Of a DNA stretch of 64,000 bases, positions 1-10,489 are shown one piece after another (within the stretch, counting starts at the first letter, position 1; every line of letters starts with the position of its first letter). A program made the translations under genes and the position numbers. The stretch is from assembly GCA_965230295.1 (NCBI GenBank), contig OZ246001.1, positions 256,001 through 320,000 on the forward strand, in the 5' to 3' direction. Under the pieces are notes generated by a model. It searched no databases. It was not told the origin of the DNA and was given only the letters and a program-made list of their open reading frames with translations. Origin of the DNA: Marinicella sp. (GTDB lineage Bacteria > Pseudomonadota > Gammaproteobacteria > Xanthomonadales > Marinicellaceae).

Positions 1-33
1 GCGTGCTTGGACGCCTCTTTTAACTCTTGCCAT
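1..33 (-). CDS. rplT: 50S ribosomal protein L20, N-terminus only (runs off window)
   Basis: Reverse strand reads MARVKRGVQAR from ATG at 33, preceded by AGGAG; follows rpmI. Confidence 0.93.
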   Translation of the reverse strand, partial: MARVKRGVQAR

Positions 34-49
34 GATGTGTCTCCTTTAA

Positions 50-244
50 TTATGCGTAAGGTAATAATCTTTTCACTGATGCTTCATCAGCTTCGTGTAC
101 CATGCTGGTACCACGCAAGTTACGTTTACGTTTGGTAGACATCTTGGTCAAGATGTGACTTCTGAATGCGTGCTTTCTTTTAAAGCCGGACGCAGTCTTT
201 CTGAAGCGCTTGGCAGCGCCCTTTTTGGTTTTCATTTTAGGCAT
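50..244 (-). CDS. rpmI: 50S ribosomal protein L35
   Basis: [14 protein letters not shown]...LLPYA; start moved to ATG at 244 after GGAGG. Confidence 0.97.
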   Translation of the reverse strand: MPKMKTKKGAAKRFRKTASGFKRKHAFRSHILTKMSTKRKRNLRGTSMVHEADEASVKRLLPYA

Positions 245-359
245 GATGCCCTCCTGTATTTTATTTATATACTCCAGCAAGTAGACCTCATAAGGTCTTT
301 TTTCATACTTGACTCACTGGTCAGCTAATATTTTTAAGGAATTTAAACCTGTTTTTTGA

Positions 360-884
360 TTATTTTGCTGGTTTTGGAGCCAACAACATAATCATAAACC
401 GACCTTCCATTTTCGCTGGTCGTTGTTCAACAACCACTTCATCCACTAAATCTTCTTCTAATCGGTCCAACATATCAGAACCGATGTCTCTGTGGGCCAA
501 TTCACGTCCTCTGAACATGATGGTCACTTTGACCTTGTTACCTTGGCCAATAAATTTTCTTAAATTTCTGAGCTTGACTTGATAATCCGCTTCTTCAGTA
601 TTCGGTCTGAATTTAACTTCCTTCAACTGAACTTTCTTTTGTTTCTTTTTCGCTAATTGATTTTTTTTGGCCTGTTCAAACTTAAACTTGCCGTAATCCA
701 TGATTTTGCAGACTGGTGGTTGTGCCTTGGGTGAGATTTCAACCAAATCAAGACCTGCGCCTCTGGCCCTGTCTTGTGCTTCTGCAGTTGTTACCACACC
801 AACCTGTTCTCCATGTTGGTCAATTAGTCTTACTTCAGGAACCCTAATTTGATTGTTCCTGCGTACTCTGTCATTTTTAGCGAT
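360..884 (-). CDS. infC: Translation initiation factor IF-3 (non-canonical ATC start)
   Basis: [15 protein letters not shown] and KEVKFRP motifs; frame extends upstream of the called ORF to ATC at 884, 8 nt after AGGAGG, with an in-frame TGA just upstream. Confidence 0.95.
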   Translation of the reverse strand: MAKNDRVRRNNQIRVPEVRLIDQHGEQVGVVTTAEAQDRARGAGLDLVEISPKAQPPVCKIMDYGKFKFEQAKKNQLAKKKQKKVQLKEVKFRPNTEEADYQVKLRNLRKFIGQGNKVKVTIMFRGRELAHRDIGSDMLDRLEEDLVDEVVVEQRPAKMEGRFMIMLLAPKPAK

Positions 885-903
885 TAGTCAATCCTCCTAA
901 TAA

Positions 904-2823
904 TTACTTCTTATCGTTAATTTGCTGATTCATCAATTGTATCAGTTCTTCAACGTGCATTGAACCCATGTCTTTACCATCGTGTGATCTCACAGTGATG
1001 GTCTCACTTTCCAGTTCATTGTTACCCACAATGACCAAGTAATTGGTCTTGTTCAATGTGTGCTGGCGAATTTTATAGCCGATCTTTTCGTTTCTCAAGT
1101 CATAAATGGCTCTAAAGCCCTGATTTTTCAACTTTTTGCCCACTTTTTCGGCATATTCGGATTGTTGGCCAGTAATATTCAACACAGCAACCTGAGTTGG
1201 GGCCAACCAAAGTGGCATATTTCCGGCATGATGCTCCAGTAAAATTCCGATAAAACGTTCAAACGAACCCAAAATGGCACGGTGTAACATCACAGGTACG
1301 ACCCGTTCACCGTGTTCATCAATATAAGTGGCTTCCAAACGATTAGGCATGGAAAAATCAACTTGGATGGTGCCACATTGCCAAACTCGGCCTAAGCAAT
1401 CTTTCAATGAAAATTCTATTTTTGGCCCATAAAAAGCCCCTTCACCAGGTAACTCTTCCCAAGCTATGCCTTTGGCATCCAAGGCATCGGCCAAAGCTTT
1501 TTCTGATTTATCCCACACTTCATCACTGCCCACCCTTTTTTCTGGGCGGGTTGAAATGCGGTATATGATGTCATCAAAACCGAAATCGGCATACACCTCA
1601 TGCAAGAAATCGATGAACTCTGACACTTCCCCACTGACTTGATTCTCTTGACAGAAAATATGTGCATCGTCCTGTACAAAGCCACGAACCCGCATCAACC
1701 CGTGCAGTGCACCTGAGGGCTCATTTCGATGGCAAGAACCAAATTCTGCCAATCTGATTGGCAGGTCGCGGTATGATTTCAAACCCTGGTTATAGACTTG
1801 AACATGACAAGGGCAGTTCATCGGTTTGACAGCAAACTGACGGTTTTCAGATTCTACACTGAACATGTCATCACCAAATTTATCAGCATGACCAGACTTT
1901 TCCCACAAAGTGTATTCAACCACAGATGGTGTGTTGATTTCCTTGTAGTCTCTGGCATTGAGCTTTTTCCGCATGTATTGCTGAATTGATTGGTAAATAG
2001 ACCAACCACGGTCATGCCAAAACACCATGCCAGGTGCCTCTTCCTGGAAATGGAACAAATCCATTTTCTTGCCCAGTTTGCGGTGATCGCGTTTTTCGGC
2101 TTCCTCAAGCAAGTGTAAATAAGCTTTCAAGTCCTTCTTGTCATTCCAGGCGGTACCATAAACCCGTTGCAACATTTCATTGTTGCTGTCACCACGCCAA
2201 TAGGCCCCTGCAATGCTCATCAGCTTAAAGACTTTGAGTTTGCCGGTGTTAGGCACATGAGGGCCACGGCATAAATCGGTGAATTCTCCTTGACGGTACA
2301 AAGACAACACTTCATCTTCAGGGATGTCCCTGATGATTTCAGCTTTGTATTTTTCGCCTTTGGACTCAAAAAAATCAATCGCCTCATTGCGCGACATTTC
2401 AAACCGCTCAACCGGTAATTTTTCCTTAACGATTTTCTTCATTTCAGTAGTGATTTTAGCCAAATCATCTTCATGAAAGGGTTCTTCAGCAGCAAAATCA
2501 TAATAAAAACCATTTTCAATCACCGGTCCAATGGTGACTTCAACTTTCGGAAAAATTCTCTGTACAGCCTGAGCCATGAGGTGTGCACTGGAATGCCTGA
2601 TCACCTCTAAACCATCATCACTGTTACCCGTCACAATGGTTAAATCCGTATCATTTTCAATCAAATAAGACAAATCAACCATCTCGCCATTAACGCGAGC
2701 AGCCAAAGCCGCATTGGCCAGGCCTGGACCTATGTCTGCGGCAATATCTGCCACTGACAATGCTTGGTCGTATGTACGCTGACTGCCGTCAGCTAAAGTT
2801 ACAGTAATCATGTTGTTTTCCAT
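904..2823 (-). CDS. thrS: Threonine--tRNA ligase
   Basis: TGS domain, [33 protein letters not shown]; thrS-infC-rpmI-rplT order. Confidence 0.98.
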   Translation of the reverse strand: MENNMITVTLADGSQRTYDQALSVADIAADIGPGLANAALAARVNGEMVDLSYLIENDTDLTIVTGNSDDGLEVIRHSSAHLMAQAVQRIFPKVEVTIGPVIENGFYYDFAAEEPFHEDDLAKITTEMKKIVKEKLPVERFEMSRNEAIDFFESKGEKYKAEIIRDIPEDEVLSLYRQGEFTDLCRGPHVPNTGKLKVFKLMSIAGAYWRGDSNNEMLQRVYGTAWNDKKDLKAYLHLLEEAEKRDHRKLGKKMDLFHFQEEAPGMVFWHDRGWSIYQSIQQYMRKKLNARDYKEINTPSVVEYTLWEKSGHADKFGDDMFSVESENRQFAVKPMNCPCHVQVYNQGLKSYRDLPIRLAEFGSCHRNEPSGALHGLMRVRGFVQDDAHIFCQENQVSGEVSEFIDFLHEVYADFGFDDIIYRISTRPEKRVGSDEVWDKSEKALADALDAKGIAWEELPGEGAFYGPKIEFSLKDCLGRVWQCGTIQVDFSMPNRLEATYIDEHGERVVPVMLHRAILGSFERFIGILLEHHAGNMPLWLAPTQVAVLNITGQQSEYAEKVGKKLKNQGFRAIYDLRNEKIGYKIRQHTLNKTNYLVIVGNNELESETITVRSHDGKDMGSMHVEELIQLMNQQINDKK

Positions 2824-2877
2824 CTGTCAGGCGTTCTTCCTAACAGTACAATGTTGTTGGTATTTAAAAGGCGGCAG

Positions 2878-2886
2878 ATTATAACA
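2878..2886 (-). promoter_or_regulatory. Extended -10 promoter of thrS operon
   Basis: TG-T-TATAAT followed by GC-rich discriminator CTGCCGCC on the minus strand. Confidence 0.6.
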
Positions 2887-2900
2887 CCTTTACGACCTGA

Positions 2901-3626
2901 TTAAGCGCAAATTTTCAGGTATCTTTTGATCACTTCTGCCACACCGTATTCCAAAGATTCTACAGTTAAAGCGTGACCAATGGAAACTTCCAATACATCA
3001 GAAATGGTTAAGAATGTCGTTAGATTATTGAGGTCCAAATCATGGCCGGCATTAACACCCAAACCCAGTGTTTGAGCCAGTTGAGCTGATTTGTTATAGG
3101 TCTCTAAGGTGCGGTCATATTCACCCAGTGCGTAGGCCTCGGCATAAGATTCTGTGTATAACTCAATTCGATCGGCTCCAGTTTTAGCAGCCAACCTGAT
3201 TTGCGCATCAACCGGATCAATAAACAGAGAACTCCTGACACCCAAACGATTCAATTGCCCACATAAATCACAGACCCAATCAAAGTGATGCTCAAGATCC
3301 CAACCATGGTCAGAAGTGATCTGATCAGGGGCATCCGGCACCAAGGTACATTGGTCAGGCCTGGTTTCAGCAATCAGTTGCATAAAATCAGCGGATGGGT
3401 AACCTTCTACATTGAACTCAACTTGAGGATGTTGCTTGCACAAAGCCGCCAAATCTCGTGTATCTTGCCTGGTGGCATGTCTTTCATCTTGTCTGGGATG
3501 AACTGTTATACCATGAACGCCCATTGAAATTAACTTCCGTGCATAGGCCAGCACATTGGGATAATCCCTGCCTCTGGAGTTCCTGAGTAAAGCTATTTTA
3601 TTTAAATTGACACTGAGGGCAGTCAT
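2901..3626 (-). CDS. pdxJ: Pyridoxine 5'-phosphate synthase
   Basis: LSVNLNKIALLRNSRG, GITVHPRQDERH, NAGHDL, EVSIGHAL. Confidence 0.96.
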   Translation of the reverse strand: MTALSVNLNKIALLRNSRGRDYPNVLAYARKLISMGVHGITVHPRQDERHATRQDTRDLAALCKQHPQVEFNVEGYPSADFMQLIAETRPDQCTLVPDAPDQITSDHGWDLEHHFDWVCDLCGQLNRLGVRSSLFIDPVDAQIRLAAKTGADRIELYTESYAEAYALGEYDRTLETYNKSAQLAQTLGLGVNAGHDLDLNNLTTFLTISDVLEVSIGHALTVESLEYGVAEVIKRYLKICA

Positions 3627-3964
3627 GCAAAATTCATGTGTATAAAAAAAGTTGATTTTACATGAAGCTTAAGAGCAAGAATATGCTTTTTAGTTATAGA
3701 TTTATACAGTACAGAGGTGGAAAGTGGGGGTTAGAAAGCAAGGACAATACAGAGAGAAAACGTCAACCCACAAAACTCTGTATTGCCTCGCTGGTGCAGG
3801 TTAAATAAATAACCCACTATTTGGAGATAAATTTGACCTCCCCCTGTTCGTTTCACATGTTGCGAAATGAGATAAAACTGATGTGTCCACGGACAGGTTG
3901 AATTGAATTGTACATCAATCACATGACGTGATAATATTGCGTACAAATATGCGCGCAAAATTTT

Positions 3965-4720
3965 ATGAATAGTGAAAAAAGACATTTAGTACAGCTACAA
4001 AAGGCACTGATTCCAGTGAGTAAAATGGTGATTAAATTTGGTTTACAATGCCAAGAATTCAAAGCCAACATTCAAAAAGCATACATCAAAGCCGCTGAAG
4101 AACTGTTGGAGGAAGCCCAAATCAAGCCCACCAGACAAGCCATTGCGGTCAAAACAGGCATCGACCGACGGGTCATTGCTGAATTCTACAATGACAAAGA
4201 TTTCAGCAAAGAAGTGATGAACAAAATGGATTTGGTGATCATAGCCTTACAAAAAGCGAAAAGAATCAGCAAAAAGTTAACCCATGCCAACCTCACCACT
4301 TTAATTGATAAAATTTACGGCAATCACATCAGAGCCAGGGCTGTGATTACTGAATTGGTCAGCAATCAGATGATCGTTAAGCGAGGAAACTACTATTACA
4401 TTGCTAAATCATTGAACCAGCAGTTGATCAAACAAGCCGCATTGGCAGAAGAAGTGGACATCACAACCAAGCGCCTGTTTCAGACTTTTTACAAGAAGAT
4501 GTTTGCCACCAATCAGCAACAGAATCTCAATCAAGCCTCCATATTTTCCAGTAAGATTCCTCACAGTCGGCATGAGGAAATCAATAAAATCATCGACATC
4601 AAAATGCGCACCTTTCAAAAAGAAATGGCGGAATTGATTCAACACCACGAAACCAATGTACCGGAAGGGACTTACGCCAACATTGGGTTTTCCCAGTTTC
4701 AGTTTGATTCAACGGAGTAG
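3965..4720 (+). CDS. Hypothetical protein, DUF6502-like, possible N-terminal HTH
   Basis: 251-aa ORF; N-terminal LxPxxKxxIxxG...KxAYIxAA...IAxKTGIDRR resembles DUF6502. Confidence 0.6.
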   Translation: MNSEKRHLVQLQKALIPVSKMVIKFGLQCQEFKANIQKAYIKAAEELLEEAQIKPTRQAIAVKTGIDRRVIAEFYNDKDFSKEVMNKMDLVIIALQKAKRISKKLTHANLTTLIDKIYGNHIRARAVITELVSNQMIVKRGNYYYIAKSLNQQLIKQAALAEEVDITTKRLFQTFYKKMFATNQQQNLNQASIFSSKIPHSRHEEINKIIDIKMRTFQKEMAELIQHHETNVPEGTYANIGFSQFQFDSTE

Positions 4721-4766
4721 TGAAATCTTATAGTCTCGATTAATTGATTGTAGGATGAAAACAATT

Positions 4767-4943
4767 CCGTTCACTGAGCCCTTCGACAGGCTCAGGATTG
4801 GCTCAAATCGAAGTGAACCTGTGAACTGCAATCATCACGTTCACTGAGCGTAGTCGAAGTGAACTTTCTGATGTATATCGAGTAAAAATGAAGCAGGCTT
4901 CGACTCCAGCCAGCCCTGAGTCAGTCGAAGGGCTCAGCCAGCG
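4767..4943. repeat. Cluster of three REP-like palindromic units (CTGAGC...TCGAAG core), two with nested inserts
   Basis: Units at 4767-4818, 4838-4864, 4896-4943; related copies in inverted orientation at 29312-29425; lies between convergent genes. Confidence 0.85.
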
Positions 4944-4958
4944 TCCAAAGAATTTGGA

Positions 4959-5642
4959 TCAAATCGATCGACTCAGCCCCATCCAAATCAGCTTCAACCT
5001 TTTTTCAACCTGATCCTGTTGCAAAACCTCCTGCATGAATTCTGGCTCGAATTTAAAATAGTTAAATAATTGAAAGCTGAATGCTTCTGCGTTCAGATTT
5101 TGCCAATCATCTTGTTGTAAGATGGCATACAATGCAGGTGAGGCCTTTTTACTGATGGCACTGATCACCATCTGGAGCTCGACCAACAAGTCATCAATCT
5201 TTGATTGATCCATAGTGGGCTTGCGGTCGTTATAAAGCTCACACCGAACCGTTTGAAAGGGCACCTCTTGCAGGTGGTTTAGTTTTCGCAAACGGTGCTT
5301 AAAGTGAACATCAATATGCATCCTGCCATCTTCGGTGGTCTCGACCAGTTTACATTGCCCCGCTGAGAACACATCTTGTGACTCATAACTTTGTAAGTTG
5401 CTGTTCAAGTCAGGTTGATCACCAGATAACTTCTTCAATGGATTGACTGGTCTGGTCTCTAAGGCTTTCTTGATGTGACTGACAGCCAACATCATGTCAT
5501 GTTCCAAGCAATGTTTCACCATGGCACGGTATCTGGGCTCAAACACATGCAAAGGTGCTTTGGTACCCGGAAAAGTGACCATGCCTGGAATCGGAAACAA
5601 TGCCACATCAACTGTTTTGGTTTGATCCATGCCTTTATTCAA
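4959..5642 (-). CDS. Lon N-terminal substrate-binding domain protein (no ATPase/protease domain)
   Basis: LFPIPGMVTFPGTKAPLHVFEPRYRAMV signature. Confidence 0.85.
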   Translation of the reverse strand: MNKGMDQTKTVDVALFPIPGMVTFPGTKAPLHVFEPRYRAMVKHCLEHDMMLAVSHIKKALETRPVNPLKKLSGDQPDLNSNLQSYESQDVFSAGQCKLVETTEDGRMHIDVHFKHRLRKLNHLQEVPFQTVRCELYNDRKPTMDQSKIDDLLVELQMVISAISKKASPALYAILQQDDWQNLNAEAFSFQLFNYFKFEPEFMQEVLQQDQVEKRLKLIWMGLSRSI

Positions 5643-5706
5643 AGGATTAATCTAGCCATTATAATGGACTGTGTGCTAATTTTTGTGAAACCGGCCGCTT
5701 ATAGAC

Positions 5707-6555
5707 TCATAACTCTGTGCGCAATCGCAGTAACTCAGGAAAAAAGGTTAAGTCCAAGGCTTTTTTCAAAAAACTAACGCCAGATGAACCACCAGTACCT
5801 TGTTTAAAGCCGATGATGCGTTCAACGGTTTTCATGTGTCTGAATCGCCATTGCTGAAAAGACTGTTCGACATCAACCAACTGCTCACACAGGGCATACA
5901 TGGCCCAGTGTTGATCTGGTCGCTGATAGATCACCACCAACACATCCATAAGTTGTTGATTAAACACATGGGGTTGGCGCAGGTCGCGATTAACCAAATC
6001 CTCCGGCACACTATAACCTTCATCATATAGGTGCTTGATGAACACATCGTATATGCTTGGCGATTCCAAAACAGTTTCCAAGGTCTTTCTTGACTCTGAC
6101 CCTTCTGGGAATACTTTGGTTAATTTTTCATTTTTATTACCCAACAAAAATTCAACCTGCCGGTAATGAACCGACTGGAAACCAGAAGCATTACCTAATA
6201 CGTGCCTGAATTGCATGTATTCACTGGGAGTCAATGTTTCTAAAACTGCCCATTGTTCAAACAATTGTTTTTGAATCTGTTTGATACGTGCCAATATTTT
6301 TGAAGCACGACCCAAACGCTTGATTTGTACACAGCGGATGGCTTCATTCAACTCATGGATAATTAACTTCATCCACAATTCAGAGGTCTGATGCTGAATG
6401 ATGAACAACATTTCGTCATGATGTTCAGGATCACTGATGGGTTTTTGTGCTGAAAACAAGGTATCCAGGCACAGATAACCACCATAATTCTTACGTTCTG
6501 ACAGGTCTAACTTGATCCCCTCTTCAAGGTTCCTGATGTTTTTTTTATTGCTCAT
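5707..6555 (-). CDS. kynA: Tryptophan 2,3-dioxygenase
   Basis: HDEMLFIIQHQTSELWMK, ASGFQS, IIGFKQGTGGSSGVSFL. Confidence 0.96.
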   Translation of the reverse strand: MSNKKNIRNLEEGIKLDLSERKNYGGYLCLDTLFSAQKPISDPEHHDEMLFIIQHQTSELWMKLIIHELNEAIRCVQIKRLGRASKILARIKQIQKQLFEQWAVLETLTPSEYMQFRHVLGNASGFQSVHYRQVEFLLGNKNEKLTKVFPEGSESRKTLETVLESPSIYDVFIKHLYDEGYSVPEDLVNRDLRQPHVFNQQLMDVLVVIYQRPDQHWAMYALCEQLVDVEQSFQQWRFRHMKTVERIIGFKQGTGGSSGVSFLKKALDLTFFPELLRLRTEL

Positions 6556-6879
6556 TTATTATTCTTATGATCTGTCTTCTTCGGCATTTTACCCTCAACA
6601 GACACCAGTCCGAGAAAATAACCGAATAATATGTGCTTACTGGCATTTATTAAAAAGCCACATTCCTATATAATACGGGCCGCTTTACTTACGTATGGCA
6701 AGCATTATAATGATTGAAGTTTTGGTGGCGAGCAGTTATTCATTTTATTTATGCATAATCACTGGTACCAGGATCCTTCCATCTTCATGACAATCAGTAA
6801 AAGATAATTTTTCGGGAATCAACTTTCTCATATTTATTCTGGTTGCATGACTGACACCCTTTGCTAACATTTTCGGAGA

Positions 6880-7968
6880 GTGAAATTGACCACAGTTGCA
6901 TCATTTAATATTGATTATCTGCAATACCTGACCCCCAATGGTGAATTGGTTGGAGATAAGAAACCAACCATAGCCACTGATTTTGAAAAACTCAAATCCA
7001 TCTATGAGCTGATGGTATTAACCAGAACTTTTGACGCCAAAGCCGTGGCCTTACAAAGAACCGGTAAACTCGGCACTTATGCATCCAGCTTAGGTCATGA
7101 AGCCGTACATATAGGCATTGGATCAGCCATGGCAGAGGCCGATGTTTTTGCCCCCATGTACCGTGAATACGGCGCACAATTTTACCGTGGTGTCAAACTC
7201 TCCGAAGTCCTGCTTTATTGGGGTGGTGATGAAAGGGGCAGCGATTTCTCTGGCCCCAAACATGATTTCCCTTGGTGCGTGCCGATTGCCACTCAATGTA
7301 CGCATGCAGCCGGGGCTGCCTTGGCATTTAAATTACGAGGCGAAAAAAGAGCAGCCGTTTCTGTAGTTGGAGACGGCGGCAGCTCCAAAGGTGACTTCTT
7401 GGAAGCCATCAACGCAGCCAGTGCCTTTAAACTGCCAATGGTGCTGATGATCGTTAATAACCAATGGGCCATTTCAGTACCGCGTAAAAAACAAAGCCAA
7501 GGCCGAACCTTGGCACAAAAAGGTTTGGCCGGCGGCCTGCCTTCAATACAAGTTGATGGCAATGATTACATTGCGGTTTACACCGCAGTTAAAGCCGCCT
7601 TGAAACGCGCCTATGAAGGCAAAGGTGCATCGGTCATTGAGGCCATTACATACCGCTTAAGTGATCACACCACAGCTGACGATGCTTCCAGATACCGCCC
7701 AGATGATGAGGTTGAAAATGCCAAGCAGTTTGAACCCATCAAGCGCATGCGTAAGTACCTGACCAGCCAAGGCCAATGGAATGAACAACTAGAGAATCAA
7801 TTACTGAATACCTGTAAAGTTGAAGTTGATGCAGCGGTTGAAGAGTACCAAAGTGCATCTCAACTGTCTGTGGATGACATGTTTGACCACATGTACGATG
7901 ACATCCCACACGATTTGGCAGAACAAAAAGCTTACGCCCAAGCAATGGAGGAGAAGTCAAATGGCTAA
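6880..7968 (+). CDS. pdhA: 2-oxoacid (pyruvate or branched-chain) dehydrogenase E1 alpha subunit
   Basis: ThDP motif GDGGSSKGD...NN, HTTADD loop; GTG start after GGAG; substrate specificity not determinable. Confidence 0.88.
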   Translation: MKLTTVASFNIDYLQYLTPNGELVGDKKPTIATDFEKLKSIYELMVLTRTFDAKAVALQRTGKLGTYASSLGHEAVHIGIGSAMAEADVFAPMYREYGAQFYRGVKLSEVLLYWGGDERGSDFSGPKHDFPWCVPIATQCTHAAGAALAFKLRGEKRAAVSVVGDGGSSKGDFLEAINAASAFKLPMVLMIVNNQWAISVPRKKQSQGRTLAQKGLAGGLPSIQVDGNDYIAVYTAVKAALKRAYEGKGASVIEAITYRLSDHTTADDASRYRPDDEVENAKQFEPIKRMRKYLTSQGQWNEQLENQLLNTCKVEVDAAVEEYQSASQLSVDDMFDHMYDDIPHDLAEQKAYAQAMEEKSNG

Positions 7969-8941
7969 AGTGACTATGGTAGATGCTGTAACTATGGCAT
8001 TGGCACACGAACTGGAACATGACAAAGACGTGGTTATCCTGGGCGAAGACGTTGGTATCAACGGCGGCGTATTCAGGGCCACCAGTGGTCTGGCACAAAA
8101 ATACGGTGAAGACCGTGTGATTGACACCCCTTTGGCCGAAGCCATGATTGCTGGCATGACTGTTGGCATGGCTACCCAAGGCATGCGACCAGTGGCAGAA
8201 GCCCAGTTCATGGGGTTTATCTTCCCCATGTTCGAACACATAGTGTGTCATGCTGCCCGCATGCGCAACCGGACCCGAGGTCGATTAACCTGTCCATTGG
8301 TGATCCGAGCTCCTTATGGTGGTGGCATCCATGCTCCTGAGCATCATTCTGAAAGTATTGAAGCGATGTTTGCCCATACACCTGGCATCAAAGTGGTAAT
8401 CCCTTCCTCACCTTCAAGGGCCTATGGCCTGTTGTTGGCAGCCATCCGCAGCCCGGATCCGGTGTTGTTCTTTGAGCCCAAGCGGGTTTATCACTTGAAT
8501 AAAGAAGAAGTGGAAGACGATGGCGAAGAGTACCCATTGGACATGTGTTTTGTTATTCGGGAAGGGACTGATGTAACTCTGGTCACCTGGGGTGCGATGA
8601 TGAAAGAAACTCTGGAAGCTGCTGATGCATTGGCGCAACAGGGCATTTCAGCTGAAGTCATAGATGTGGCGACGATCAGCCCGCTGGATATGGACACCAT
8701 CCATGAATCAGTGGCCAAAACGGGTCGTTGTGTGATCATTCAAGAAGCGGCCAAGCATTGTTCACTGTCATCTGAAATTGCAGCCAATTTGGCTGACCAG
8801 GGTTTATACAACCTCAATGCACCCGTTAAACGAGTAACCGGTTATGATGTGGTCATGCCGTTGTTTAAGTTGGAAAAGAAATACATGCCAACAGTAGACA
8901 GAATATTAGATAAAGTTCATCAAGTTTTGGAGGTTTCATGA
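7961..8941 (+). CDS. pdhB: 2-oxoacid dehydrogenase E1 beta subunit
   Basis: GEDVGINGGVFRAT, DTPLAE, APEHHSES; start moved to ATG 7961 after GGAGGAG. Confidence 0.88.
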   Translation: MAKVTMVDAVTMALAHELEHDKDVVILGEDVGINGGVFRATSGLAQKYGEDRVIDTPLAEAMIAGMTVGMATQGMRPVAEAQFMGFIFPMFEHIVCHAARMRNRTRGRLTCPLVIRAPYGGGIHAPEHHSESIEAMFAHTPGIKVVIPSSPSRAYGLLLAAIRSPDPVLFFEPKRVYHLNKEEVEDDGEEYPLDMCFVIREGTDVTLVTWGAMMKETLEAADALAQQGISAEVIDVATISPLDMDTIHESVAKTGRCVIIQEAAKHCSLSSEIAANLADQGLYNLNAPVKRVTGYDVVMPLFKLEKKYMPTVDRILDKVHQVLEVS

Positions 8942-10254
8942 GCATTTTTAAATTACCAGATTTAGGCGAAGGCTTACCTGATGCAGAAATTGTCGAATGG
9001 CATGTCAAGGTCGGTGACAAGGTTGAAGTGGATCAGCCTATGGTCTCTATGGAAACAGCCAAAGCCGTGGTAGATGTACCCGTTCCAATGGCCGGCGTTG
9101 TCACCAAGTTACATGGAGAGCCAGGAGATGTGATTGACACAGGTTCACCCTTGATTGAGTTCGATACCGGTGATGGGTCAGCTGCTGAAGAAGCTGTCAC
9201 TGGCGATGTAGACACCCCTGCCAAATTGCGTGCTGAAGCTGAACAAGTTTTGATGGACTTGGATCAGGATGGCGATGCACAACCTGCAGATAAAGAAGAA
9301 GCCGTTGGGACTGTTGTTGGTCAAATGGAAACTTCTGACAAAGTGGTTGATAGCATGACTGACTTTGGTGGCAAAAAAGCCGCCCCTGCAGTGCGTGCTT
9401 TGGCCAAAAAACTGGGGGTGGATCTGAGCACAGTGGAAGCAACCGGCTCAGGTGGTGTCATCAGACCTTCAGACGTCAAAGCTGCAGCTGCCAACCCACA
9501 AGCCAAAGCCGCTCCAGCTAAACCGGCAGCCCCTCAACAACCCGCAGCCAAAACAGCACCTGCTCAACCGGCAACGCCTGCGCAAACAGCACCCACACCA
9601 AGCAAAGTTGTGGTCGATGACCAGTGGCAACAAGTCAAAGGTTCAAGACGCACCATGGCCCGTGTCATGCAAAACGCCCATGCCAATGTGGTACCCACCA
9701 CCATCATGGACGATGCCGACATCAATAACTGGCAACCCGGTGAAGACATCACAGCTCGCCTGATTCGCTCACTGGTGGTGGCTGCCAAAGCAGAACCCAC
9801 TTTGAATGCCTGGTTTGATGGCGATAAATTGTCTCGCAGATTGATCAATCATGTCGATGTTGGCATAGCCGTTGATACTGAAGATGGATTATTCGTTCCC
9901 ACCATGAGAAACTGTGATGCCATGACACCTGATCAGGTTCGTGCTGCCATGAACAACATCAAAGGCCAAGTGAAATCACGCAGCATTCCCCCAGAAGACA
10001 TGAAAGATTACACCATCATGTTATCCAATTTTGGGGTTTACGCGGGTCGCTATGCCACACCAGTGATCACTCCGCCGTGTGTTTCAATCATAGCTGCCGG
10101 TAAGTTAAGACACGATGTGGTTCCTGTCTTGGGTGGCATGGAAGCTCACCGGATCATTCCTTTATCATTAACTTTTGACCACCGTGCAGTCACCGGTGGT
10201 GAAGCAGCTCGATTCTTGGCTGCCATGATCAATGATTTATCAAAAAGTAGATAA
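8938..10254 (+). CDS. Dihydrolipoamide acyltransferase E2
   Basis: Single lipoyl domain (METAKA), E3-binding domain, Ala/Pro linker, catalytic DHRAVTG. Confidence 0.92.
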   Translation: MSIFKLPDLGEGLPDAEIVEWHVKVGDKVEVDQPMVSMETAKAVVDVPVPMAGVVTKLHGEPGDVIDTGSPLIEFDTGDGSAAEEAVTGDVDTPAKLRAEAEQVLMDLDQDGDAQPADKEEAVGTVVGQMETSDKVVDSMTDFGGKKAAPAVRALAKKLGVDLSTVEATGSGGVIRPSDVKAAAANPQAKAAPAKPAAPQQPAAKTAPAQPATPAQTAPTPSKVVVDDQWQQVKGSRRTMARVMQNAHANVVPTTIMDDADINNWQPGEDITARLIRSLVVAAKAEPTLNAWFDGDKLSRRLINHVDVGIAVDTEDGLFVPTMRNCDAMTPDQVRAAMNNIKGQVKSRSIPPEDMKDYTIMLSNFGVYAGRYATPVITPPCVSIIAAGKLRHDVVPVLGGMEAHRIIPLSLTFDHRAVTGGEAARFLAAMINDLSKSR

Positions 10255-10298
10255 TGTCTGAACACCATTAAAAGTTAAAATTTCATTAACGCCACGTG

Positions 10299-10334
10299 AA
10301 AACGCTCAGTATGAAAATATTGAGCGTTTTTTTT
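10299..10334 (+). terminator. Intrinsic terminator of the dehydrogenase operon
   Basis: AACGCTCAGTAT/ATATTGAGCGTT stem followed by T-run. Confidence 0.8.
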
Positions 10335-10489
10335 GTGATAAATTTTCTTGGCTGTGGTCATATCTCTGTGCTTATAATAAACAGCGAAATAAGTTGTATG
10401 TATTATTGCATTAATCCAATAAAACAACTCACAACTGTTTTGAAAGCTAAAGATAAATTTATTAATTCATTCCCTCGGAGGAAACGTTT

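Noticed and set aside
3693-3712. Possible LexA box upstream of pdxJ
   Set aside because: Only one CTGT half-site; no CTGT-N8-ACAG. None seen before recN either
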